From positions 23,634,464 to 23,698,463 of the forward strand of contig NC_043011.1 in NCBI RefSeq assembly GCF_006345805.1: a DNA stretch of 64,000 nt, given 5' to 3'. This document shows, piece by piece, positions 26,240-39,653 of the stretch. Position numbers and translations under genes: made by a program. The DNA comes from Octopus sinensis. Its lineage: Eukaryota. The notes beneath the pieces are model-generated. The model worked only from the letters and a program-made list of their open reading frames with translations. It did not search any database and was not told the origin of the DNA. Numbering within the stretch: the first letter of the stretch is position 1; every line of letters starts with the position of its first letter.

Positions 26240-26964
26240 CTAAGAATGCATATATATATATATAATATATATATACCCACGCAGATATATATATATATAC
26301 ATATATATATATACATACATATATATATATATACCCATGCACATATATATATATATACACATATACACAAATATATATACATGTATATGTATACAAACAT
26401 ATATATACATATCTATATACATACATACATACATATATACATACATATATATATACATACATACATATATATACATACATACATATAACTACATATACAT
26501 ACATACATACATATATATATACATACATACATATATATATACATACATACATATATATATACAACTATATATATACATACATACATATATATATACATAC
26601 ATATATATATACATACATACATACATATACATACATACATACATATATATATACATACATATATATATACATACATATATATATATACATACATATATAT
26701 ATATATACATACATATATATATATATACATACATATATATATATATACATACATATATATATATACATACATACATATATATATACATACATATATACAT
26801 ACATATATATATACATACATACATATATACATACATACATATATACATACATATATATATATATACATACATACATATATACATACAATATATATACATA
26901 TACATACATATATACAATACATATATTATATACATACATATATACATACATTATATATATATAC

Positions 26965-26997
<33 letters not shown>

Positions 26998-27360
26998 CAT
27001 ATACATACATACATATATACATACATATATATATACATATACATACATACATATATACATACATATATATATACATATACATACATACATATATATATAC
27101 ATATACATACATACATATATATATATATATACATATACATACATACATATATATACATATATATACATACATATACATACATACATATATATATACATAC
27201 ATATACATACATACATATACATACATACATATATATACATATATATATATACATACATACACATATATACATACATACACATATATACATACATATATAG
27301 ACATACATATATACATACACATACATATATATACATACATACACATACATGTGTATGTAT
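26240..27360. repeat. (TACA)n/(TA)n compound microsatellite
   Basis: Read directly; source of the Y/I/H/T and M/Y/V/C pseudo-ORFs. Confidence 0.95.
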
Positions 27361-27361
27361 G

Positions 27362-27484
27362 TGCACCAAATGGCAGTTGCAAAAAAGCATTCGTGAAGTA
27401 AAACCATGTAGCAACACCAAATGGCGATGCCCCAGCATGGCCACAGCTCGTGAGCTGAAACTAGAATCAATCAATCAATCAATC
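27362..27484 (+). mobile_element. Short 5'-truncated CR1 3' stub with (AATC)n tail
   Basis: Homologous to 31997-32100 (gtaaaacc.tgtagcaa...gccccagcatggccacagctc...gctgaaac), ends in (AATC)5. Confidence 0.9.
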
Positions 27485-27930
27485 ATACATACACATACAT
27501 ACATATACATACATACATATGCCCATATATACATATATATATACACATACATATACACACACACATATATACATACATATACACACATATATACATACAT
27601 ATACACATATATATATATATATACATACATATACGCATATATATATATATACATACATATACGCATATATATATATACATACATATACGCATATATATAT
27701 ATATATATACATACATATACGCATATATATATATATATACATACATATACGCATATATATATACATACATACATATACGCATATACATATACATACTTAT
27801 ACGCATATATATATACATACTTATACGCATATATATATATACATACTTATACGCATATATATATACATACTTATACGCATATATATATACATACTTATCC
27901 CATATATATATATATATATATATACATATC
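27484..27930. repeat. CpG-containing microsatellite (TACGCATA(TA)nCATACA)
   Basis: Read directly; the same motif resumes at 32122-32141, after the LINE. Confidence 0.9.
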
Positions 27931-27932
27931 TC

Positions 27933-28115
27933 CTAATTAGCCTTAAGATTAAATAACGTTTTTACCCACACACTAATATAATATTAATATTGCTAATACA
28001 TTTTCAGATACTCTATCCCCTAATTAGCCTTAAGATTAAATAACGTTTTTACCCACAAACTTTAATATTGTTAATATTTCTTTTTCAAGTACTCTATCTT
28101 CTAATTAGCCTTAAT
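27933..28115 (+). repeat. Tandem 81-87 bp units in putative LINE 5' UTR
   Basis: ctaattagccttaa starts at 27933, 28020 and 28101; units 1 and 2 share ctaattagccttaagattaaataacgtttttacccaca exactly. Confidence 0.85.
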
Positions 28116-28175
28116 ATCTTCCTGCCTTCTCTCGAACATAATTAGATAGATAAACGGATAGACGGATTATCCAGC

Positions 28176-29085
28176 ATGTCCAGAGCATGGAGACCTGACG
28201 AGCTGGATTTATTCGTACAAGCGTGTGAGTGCGCCGGCGGAGATAGCCCTAGCAAGGTGATTGCGGCTGCGCTGAAGAGCAGAGGCTACAAGAGGACAGC
28301 GGCTCAGATGGAGCGAAAGAAACGGGAATTCGTGCGCTCATATGCGCTTGTACGGTCGCCATTGGCGCACTTGATGCCATCTTTGAGAACGAGCGGGGCA
28401 AAGATGGCAAGAATGGAGACGATGAAGAAGTCACCCCCACCTGGTGGACGCCCGGGAGGAGGTTTGAATGAGAAACCTGCCGGGAAGTGAACCCAGGTGC
28501 AAGTTCTCCAACCGGCAGCAAGGGCCATGGAGACGGAGAACCCGGTGAAGAGGTAGAGGGAGGAAGATGAACTAAAAGAAGGACTGGAAGAGCTAAAGGA
28601 AAAGAAAAAGCTCAAGCAGGACCAAAGGGTGAAAAAACCAGGAATAGAAGTGGAACCGCAAAAGATGGAACCAAACAGTGCACACGGGTGTGTATGTTCT
28701 ACCTGAGAGGTTCCTGCTGGCATGGAAAGGAAGGTGCAGGCTGTAGCTTGGAACACATCGGGGACCCTGCCACAGAGACACGAGGCAGATGGACAAACCA
28801 TCAACACAAAGAAAAGGGATGGACCACGCACCACCTGCCCCAAAGCGGAGGTACGCAGATGTTGTGCGCGCCACAAACCGCCAACATGATGTTGTCGAAA
28901 GGGCAGCTGCTGAGCAACAATCTTTTTTGTGCATGGCACAAAAGATTGTACAGCAGCTGACCTGGCTTCATCAAACCCAAGCTCGCAGGTGGGACTACCC
29001 ACTATATACCAGACCACCACAGCAAACAGACACAGGATGGACACCGCCGGCAACAACGTACACCTCACCTCGATGCTCCTACTGA
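28176..29085 (+). pseudogene. LINE ORF1, disrupted (Myb/SANT-like N-terminus, CCCH zinc finger, RRYADVVR C-terminal region)
   Basis: Three frames joined by two frameshifts and one TGA (28568); W-x7-F...IAAALKSRGYKRTAAQMERK; C-x7-C-x8-C-x3-H at 28691-28756. Confidence 0.65.
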
Positions 29086-32000
29086 ACATCAGAGGACTGC
29101 AAACACTCAGTAACAGGACAAAGATCCCGTTCCTGAGAGACTTTGTTGCATGCAATCAAGCCTTATGCATAGCACTTACGGAAACGCACCTGAAACCGGA
29201 CATAGCAGATGCGGAGTTACACATACCACAGTATGCTGTACTACGGACCGACAGGAAAGAAAGGAGTCATGGAGGTGTTGCTATGTACATCCGTGAGGAC
29301 CTCACACCCAGGTCCTCTTGTCATACTCAAACTCGGTGTGTGACACACTAATTGTACATATTAGGCAACTTGATGTAGTTGTGTGTGCTACATATCGCCC
29401 TCCAGATGCCCCAAGCCATGTGGGCAAGTTTGAAGACTGCCTTATAAAAATAGAAGAAGTTCTAACCACATTAGAACAACACATAGGTGTGCTTCTTATG
29501 GGAGACTTCAATCTGCCCAATGTCAGATGGCCCGAGGGCCTTTCTCTCCCAGGAATGACAAGATGTGAACGAGGACAGGCGAGGTCCCTCCTGAACCTCA
29601 TCAACACCCTGTACATGGAGCAGGTAATACTCCAACCAACCAGGGCAGGTAACACACTGGATCTCTGCTTCACAAATGACATGGATCTCATCCATAATGT
29701 GAAAGTGACACCGACACTACTCTCGGATCACAACATGATAGAGCTGACCATGTACGGGCCAAAAGAGAGCACGGACATGCAGCCTACAAGAAACCCTCAA
29801 AATCTTTCCAGCTTGAACTACCATAAGGCAAACTGGAAACAAATTGAGAAAAAGATCCTCAAACAAAACTGGCCTAAATGTCTCTCCTCGCCAGACATCG
29901 ACGTGAAACTTCAACAATTCATGTCTGTAATGCAAGCCATATGCTACAAATGTGTCCCAGAGAGAAAGGCCACTGTACACAAGAACAAAATCCCCAGAGA
30001 GAGGAAAATTTTAATGAGACGGCGTACGAAATTTTCAAATCGCCTAAACAAACAGATTGAAAGCAGTGAAAAGTCCCGCCTAAAAATAAAACTGTTGGAA
30101 ATCGAAAAATGTCTGCAACTCTCCCATGAAAAAGAAAGAGCAGACAAAGAAGCCTGGGCTATAGAAACATAAAATCTAACCCCAGAGCTTTCTACAGGTA
30201 TGCCAAAGAAACAGCTACAGTGCACTGTAGAATAGGGCCACTCCTCGAAAAGGATGGCACACTTACAGGAAAACCAATGAGGGTAAGTGAAATACTGAAT
30301 GAGCAATTCAAGAGTGTTTTCACTCCACCCCTTGGGCATCTCCAAATCACCAATCCAACTGACTTTTTTACCACTGCAGATATAAAATCAGAGGCGGCGA
30401 CGATAGATTACATCGATATAAAGGAAGACGATGTAACCAAGGCTATAGATGAAATGAAAACAGACTCAGCTACTGGCCCCGATGGATTCCCGGCAATCCT
30501 CCTAAAAGCATGTAAGAGAGTCCTAGCAAGACCACTGCAGTTCCTCTTTCAGAGCTTCCTTGCAGCTGGCAAACTTCCAGGAAAACTGAAGGAAGGTAAA
30601 ATATGCCCCATTCATAAAGGAGGTAGCAGAGCGGAAGCCAAGAACTATAGACCTATCTCTCTGACCTCACACATCAGCAAGGTCATGGAACGAATAGTCA
30701 GAAGGAAGCTAATCACCTTCCTTGAAGAGAATGACTTGCTGCCCGACACCCAACATGGTTTCCGACCAGGGAGAAGCTGTTTAACTCAGCTCCTACAACA
30801 CTATGACTGGGTGCTGAAACGGCTGCTCAACCACTCAAATGTGGAAGTGATATATCTCGACTTTGCAAAGGCCTTTGATAAAGTCGATCATGGAATGATA
30901 TGTCACAAACTGCGTGATCTCAACATAGTTGGAAAACTGGGAGAATGGCTTCATGACTTTCTGAAGGATAGAAGTCAGGTGGTAGTAGCCAATGGGGCCA
31001 CTTCCATTAACACACAAATAGTGAGCGGTGTTCCGCAGGGCACTGTTCTGGGACCACTACTGTTCATAATGGCCCTCTCAGACATGCCCTCAGCCACGCA
31101 GAGAGCCACGATCACAAGTTATGCAGATGATACAAAAGTTTCACAGGCAATACAGAACCCTGAGGACACTAAACACCTGCAATGTGAGCTGGACGAAATA
31201 TACAAGTGGGCTGAAAAGAATAGCATGCAGTTCAATGCTGGAAAGTTTCAAGCTTTATACTATCAGCATGCAAAACTGAATGCAATACCCAATAAATACA
31301 CTGGACCCGGAGGGATTGCAATCCCAGAGGCACAATCAGTGCGTGACCTGGGTATTCACATGAGTGATGATGCGACCTTTCATGTACATATTGCTAAACT
31401 GACAATGAAATGTAGACGGCTGGCTGGATGGATTCTTAGAACCTTTAGAACAAGAGAACAAGAAACCATGATGGTCCTCTGGAAGACACTTGTCCTAAGC
31501 CATTTTGACTATTGTTCTCAGCTATGGTCACCATCCAGTGTCAAGCTGATCACAGAACTTGAGGCGATCCAACGAAGCTACACGAAGAAGATAGCCTCTG
31601 TGCAGCATATGAGCTACTGGGAGAGACTCAAGAGATTAAAGCTCTATTCCCTGGAGCATAGGCGAGAAAGATATGCCATAATATACATCTGGAAGATCCT
31701 GGAAGGCCTTGTCCCAGACTTTGGCATCGAGAGTCACACAAATGCCAGAACCGGACACCACTGTGTAGTACCAAGGACTCCAAATTTGCCATCAAGATGT
31801 AGGACAAGATATTGTGATAGCCTGGGCTTCAGAGGCCCACGGCTCTTCAATATCCTCCCAAAGAACCTGAGGGACCTGCATGGTGTGGATGCGGATGTCT
31901 TTAAAGTAGGACTGGATCTCTTCCTGTCAGGTGTCCCGGATGAACCAACTTCACGGCAGGAGGTGCAGATGAGAGCAGCTGCATCGAACTCTCTCATGCA

Positions 32001-32091
32001 CCAGATGGCGTTTGCCAACAAACATCGTGAGGTAAAACCGTGTAGCAAACCAAATGGCGGTGCCCCAGCATGGCCACAGCTCATTAGCTGA
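29037..32091 (+). pseudogene. LINE ORF2: AP endonuclease plus reverse transcriptase, two frameshifts
   Basis: LLNIRGL, LTETHL, GDFN, SDH (APE); GPDGFP, NYRPISLTS, QHGF, DFAKAFDKV, GVPQGTVLGP, YADD (RT); shifts near 29315 and 30168. Confidence 0.95.
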
Positions 32092-32141
32092 AACTGGAAA
32101 AATCAAAAATCAAAATCAAAAATATACGCATATATATATAC

Positions 32142-32931
32142 ACTAGCAGCATAGCCCGGGTATGTAAGAGCCCCTAGTAGGCAACGACTAATCCCAATCA
32201 AGTCCTTTCCCTCTAGGGAACGAAGGCGCATGTGTAGGTTGCAATGTCTTCTCTTCACTCCCAAATAACTATCAAACAGCTATCGATAATTCAACCCAAC
32301 CAATTCCTACCAGGAAGAAATTACATTCGAGACTTTACCCCCAACACCGCCACTTCTGCTAATAGCTGCTACAGCCGCAAGTTATTCGAATACTTTTTTG
32401 TTTACACTTTCTTTATAACTACCACCCCAAACGTTTTACCTTAAATTTTTGACGTACTCTAAGGGTCCTCGGACGCTACTTGCAAACTCTTGGTTTATTA
32501 TAAACCACTTTTGTTTGTGCACCAAAAAAACCTTTTCCATTCGTTTGTTCAGTTTGGTCATTTTTGACTTTTTCGTTGTTGTCACTCACATTGCTGCCCG
32601 CTTTTTTGCCGTTTTTGTACATTTTTATACATTTTGGGATACTTACCCCACGTGTTCCGAGAGTTAAAAAGGTTGAGTTGCGTCCCCTAGACAGTCTGTA
32701 GAAAATGTGTTGCATATAAAAGGCTTAGATTCTCGACCAATGTCGAATTTATCGATTTTTTTCAGAACTGGGGGGACTTTTCAAAATTTTTGCTGTGTTA
32801 GTTTTGAATGATGACATTGGGCTATGTGTGTGTCAAGTTTCATCAGAATCGGTTGAAAGCCGTGGTCAGGGTGAGGGTACAACCTGACAGGCACATAGAC
32901 AGACAAACTGCCGTTTATATATAGAGAAGAT
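32142..32931 (+). mobile_element. Non-autonomous Helitron/Helentron-like element (DINE-1/Lep1-like architecture)
   Basis: Starts ACTAGCAGCATAGCCCGG; 3' part has aagtttcatcagaatcggttg, an ACAG repeat and ends tttatatatagagaagat; no coding capacity. Confidence 0.55.
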
Positions 32932-33388
32932 ACATATATGCATATATACATACGTATACACATATAAATACATATACGCATATATAGATACATATACACA
33001 TTATATATATACACATACATATACACATATATATATATACACACATACATATACACATATATATATATACACACATACATATACACATATATATATACAC
33101 ATACATATACACATATATATACACATACATATACACATACATATACACATATATATATATATATACACATACATATACACATATATATATATACATATAC
33201 ACATACATATACACATATATATATATATATATACACATACATATACACACATATATATATATATACACATACATATACACACATATATATATACATATAC
33301 ACATATATATATATATACACATACATATACAGATATATATATATATATACACATACATATACACATATATATATATATATACACATAC

Positions 33389-33419
<31 letters not shown>

Positions 33420-36400
33420 CATATACACATATATATATATATATACACATACATATACACATATATATATATATATATATACACATACATATACACATAT
33501 ATATATATATACACATACATATACACACATATATATATATACACATACATATACATATATATACACATACATATACACACATATATATATACATATACAC
33601 ATATATATATATACACATACATATACACATATATATATATATACACATACATATACACATATATATATATATATACACATACATATACACATATATATAT
33701 ATATATACACATACATATACACATATATATATATATACACATACATATACATATACACATACATATACACATATATATATATATATACACATACATATAC
33801 ACATATATATATATATACACATACATATACACATATATATATATATATACACATATATATATATATACATATACATATACACATACATATATATATACAC
33901 ATACATATACACATACATATATATATACACATACATATACACATACACATACACATATATATATATATACACATACATATACACATACATATATATATAC
34001 ACATACATATACACATACACATACATATACACATATATATATATATACACATACATATACACATACACATACATATACACATATATATATATATACACAT
34101 ACATATACACATACACATACATATACACATATATATATATATACACATACATATACACATATATATATATACACATACATATACACATATATATATATAC
34201 ACATACATATACACATATATATATACACATACATATACACATATATATATACACATACATATACACATATATATATATATACACATATATATACACATAC
34301 ACATACACATATATATATATATACACATACACATATATATATACACACATACATATACACATATATATACACACACACTACATATACACAATATATACAC
34401 ACACACACAACACACATATATATATACACACATACATATATACACACATACATATACACACATACATATACACATATTATATATACACACATACATATAC
34501 ACATATAATATATACACACATACATATACACCATATATATAACACACATACATATACACATATATATATATACATACATATAACATATATATACACACAT
34601 ACATATACACATATATATATACACACATACATATACACATATATATATACACACATACATATACACTATATATATATATACACACATACATATACACATA
34701 TATATATATATACACACATACATATACACATATATATATATACACACATACATATACACACATATATATATACACACATACATATACACACATATATATA
34801 TACACACATACATATACACACATATATATATACACATACATATACACACATATATATATACACATACATATACACACATATATATATACACATACATATA
34901 CACACATATATATATACACATACATATACACACATATATATATACACATACATATACACATATATATATACACATACATATACACATATATATATACACA
35001 TACATATACACATATATATATATATACACATACATATACACATATATATATATATACACATACATATACACATATATATATATACACATACATATACATA
35101 CATACATATATATACATACATATACATACATACATACATACATATACACATATATATACATACATACATACATATACACATATATATACATACATACATA
35201 CATATACATATATATACATACATACATATACACATATATATACATACATACATATACACATATATATACATACATACATATACACATATATATACATACA
35301 TACATATACACATATATATACATACATACATATACACATATATATACATACATACATATAACATACATATACACATATATATATATATATACCATACATA
35401 TACACATATATATATTATACACATACATATACACATATATATATATATATACACATATAATATATATACATATACATATACCATACATATATATATAACA
35501 CATACATATACACATACATACATATATATATACACATACATATACACATACACATACACATATATATATATATACACCATACATATACACATACATATAT
35601 ATATACACATACATATACATATACACATACATACACATACACATACACATATATATATACACATACATAATACACATACACATACATATACACATATATA
35701 TATTATATACACATACATATACACATACACATACATATACACATATATATATATACACATACATATACACATATATATATACACATACATATACACATAT
35801 ATATATATACACATACATATACACATATATATATATACACATACATATACACATATATATATACACATACATATACACATATATATATATATACACATAT
35901 ATATACACATACACATACACATATATATATATATACACATACACATATATATATACACACATACATATACACATATATATACACACACACATACATATAC
36001 ACATATATATACACACATACATATACACACATATATATATACACACATACATATATACACACATACATATACACACATACATATACACATATATATATAT
36101 ACACACATACATATACACATATATATATACACACATACATATACACATATATATATACACACATACATATACACATATATATATATACACACATACATAT
36201 ACACATATATATATACACACATACATATACACATATATATATATACACATACATATACACATATATATATACACACATACATATACACATATATATATAT
36301 ATACACACATACATATACACATATATATATATACACACATACATATACACATATATATATATACACACATACATATACACATATATATATACACACATAC

Positions 36401-37227
36401 ATATACACATATATATATATACACACATACATATACACACATATATATAACCATACATATACACACATATATATACACACATACATATACACATATAATA
36501 TACACATACATATACACACATATATATATATACACATACATATACACACATATATATATACACATACATATACACATATATATATACACATACATATACA
36601 CATATATATCTACACATACATATACACATATATATATATATACACATACATATACACATATATATATTATACACATACATATACCACATATATATATACA
36701 CATACATATACATACATACATATATATACATACATATACATACATACATACATACATATACACATATATATACATACATACATACATATACACATATATA
36801 TATACATACATACATATCACATATATATATACAATACATACATATACACATATATATACATACATACATATACACATATATAATACATACATACATATAC
36901 ACATATATATACATACATACATATACACATATATATACATACATACATATACACATATATATACATACATACATATACACATACATATATATATACATAC
37001 ATATACACATACATATATACATACATATACACATACATATATACATACATATACACATACATATATACATACATATACACATACATATATATATACATAC
37101 ATATACACATACATATATATATACATACATATACACATACATATATATATACATAGATATACACATACATAGATATACACATACATAGATATACACATAC
37201 ATATATATACATACATATACACATACA

Positions 37228-37261
<34 letters not shown>

Positions 37262-38138
37262 CACATACATATATATATCATACATATACACATACTATAT
37301 ACATACATATACACATACATATATACATACTATACCATACATATATACATACAATACACATACATATATACATACATACACATACATATATATATACATA
37401 CACATACATAACACATACATATATATATACATACATATACAACATACATATATATATACACAACATATACACATACATATATATACATATATACACATAC
37501 ATATATATATACATAGATATACACATACATAGATATACACATACATAGATATACACTACATATATATATACATACATATACACATACATATATATATACA
37601 TACATATATATATACATACATATACACATACATATATATATACATACATATACACATACATATATATATACATACATATACACATACATACATATACACA
37701 TACATATATATATACATACATACATATACACATACATATATATATACATACATACATATACACATACATATATATATACATACATATATACATACATATA
37801 TACATATATATATACATATATATATACATACATATATACATATATATATACATACATATATACATACATATATACATATATATATACATACATATATACA
37901 TATATATATACATACATATACACATATATATACATACATATACACATATATATATACATACATATACACATATATACACATACATATACACATATATATA
38001 CACATACATATACACATATATACACATACATATACACATATATATACATACATATACACACATATATATACACACACACACACACATATATATACACACA
38101 CACACACACACTATATATATACAACACACACACACCCA

Positions 38139-38178
<40 letters not shown>

Positions 38179-38426
38179 CACACACACACACACATATATA
38201 TACACACACACACACACATATATACACACACAATATATATACACACACACATATATATACACACACACACACCACATATATATATACAACACACACACAC
38301 ATATATATATACACACACACACAACATATATATATACACACACAACACACAATATATATACACACACACACACACACATATATATAATATATATATATAA
38401 TATATATATATATATATAGACATATA
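32932..38426. repeat. 5.5-kb compound TA/CA microsatellite (core CATATACACATA plus (TA)n)
   Basis: Near-strict purine/pyrimidine alternation; plus strand almost free of G. Confidence 0.97.
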
Positions 38427-39653
38427 CAGGGGTTGGACAAAATAATGGAAACACCTAGCATCATAGCAACATAATTTTGAAATATCTATAAAACCGCCAA
38501 AAAAATTGTTTATTTTTTTATTTATTATTATTATTGCTTAATATGTTTTGCTAAAATTGCTGTTTCTTTTTGGATATCATCAGAAAAAGATAATTAAAAT
38601 TCATTAAAATGACAGATCTATCGGACTTTCAAAGGGGCCAAATTGTTGGTGCTCATATGGCAGGTACTAGCATAATGAAAATAGCTGAAATGTTTGGTGC
38701 ATCAATAAGTACCATCTCAAAAGTAATGACAATCTTAGAGAAAGAGGGGAAAACCTCCTTGTCGAAACAAAACTCCAGGAGAAAACCAAAACTCTTATGC
38801 AAATTGTTAGAAAGGTTCACAAAAGTACAGCTCCCAAAATTACTGCAGATCTTAATGACAACCTTGAGAAGCCAGTTTCCATAAAAAATTTTTGCCGGGA
38901 GCTGCACAAAGCCAGCAATCAGAAAACCACTACTTTCAAGAACAAACATTGCAAAGCATTTAGAGTGGAGTAAAAACCTACAGAATTGGTCCTTAGAGCA
39001 GTGGAAGAATGTTATTTTCTCGGACAAGTCATCCTTTACAATATTTCCAATCACTGGCTAAGTATACATGTGGAGACAGCCAAAAGAAGCATTTGACCCA
39101 GACTGCCTTCTTCCAGCTGTTAAACATGGAGGAGGATCTGTGATGATCAGGGTGGGGGGCTATGTCCTGGAAATCCTCTGGCCCAATGGTTTCCCTTCAT
39201 GGCAGTATTAATAGTCAAGACTATTTAAGCATTTTATCTGATCAAATTCATCCTATGGCTGTGGAACTGTTTCCAGAGAGAAACGCAATCTTTCAGGATG
39301 GTAATACACCAATTCACACAGCTAAAGTTGTTACTGAATGGCACGAGGAACATTCTAGTAAAGTTGAACATCTTATCTAGCCACCACAGTCCCCAGAGCT
39401 CAATATTATTGAACATTTATGGTGCATTTTAGAAAAACAAGAAGTAGATATCCTCCACCATCATCACTACAAGAACTGGAGACTGCTTTAGCTGAAGAAT
39501 GGACAAAAATTCCTTTGGAAACAATTCAAATTTTGTACGAGTCCATACCTCATGGAATTCAAGCTGTAATTACTGCCAAAGGTGGTGCTGCCCCATATTA
39601 AAATAAATTTGTTTGAAATTTTACGGTGTTTCCATTATTTTGTCTAACCCCTG
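38427..39653 (+). mobile_element. Tc1-like transposon, DD36E-type spacing, full length (1227 bp), defective
   Basis: TA flanks; 29-bp TIRs caggggtt(g/a)gacaaaataatggaaacacc (28/29). Confidence 0.92.
38609..39601 (+). pseudogene. Tc1-like transposase, disrupted
   Basis: MTDLSDFQRGQIVGA HTH, VIFSDKSSF, VKHGGGSVM, IFQD[G]NTPIH...PPQSPELNIIEHLW; deletions, stops, probable second catalytic Asp GAT>GGT. Confidence 0.9.

Larger units (their letters stand above)
27931..32121 (+). mobile_element. Near full-length CR1-group LINE (about 4.2 kb)
   Basis: 5' tandem repeats, decayed ORF1, APE+RT ORF2, (AATCAA)n-type tail; visibly more GC-rich than flanks. 5' boundary is inferred. Confidence 0.9.

Noticed and set aside
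26186-27956. Y/I/H/T and M/Y/V/C ORFs up to 354 aa
   Set aside because: Same microsatellite artefact.
28304-29155. 283-aa antisense ORF in the LINE 5' half (ORF0-like idea)
   Set aside because: Shadow of GC-rich sense coding sequence; no recognisable motif, and one copy cannot show conservation.
27362-32121. CR1 stub and LINE end as LTRs or a long TSD
   Set aside because: The two segments are diverged, have different tails, lack TG...CA ends, and the RT is non-LTR type.
32781-38464. Very long ORFs (up to 1458 aa) of M/Y/V/C/I
   Set aside because: Alternating purine-pyrimidine repeats cannot form TAA/TAG/TGA; these are translation artefacts of the microsatellite.
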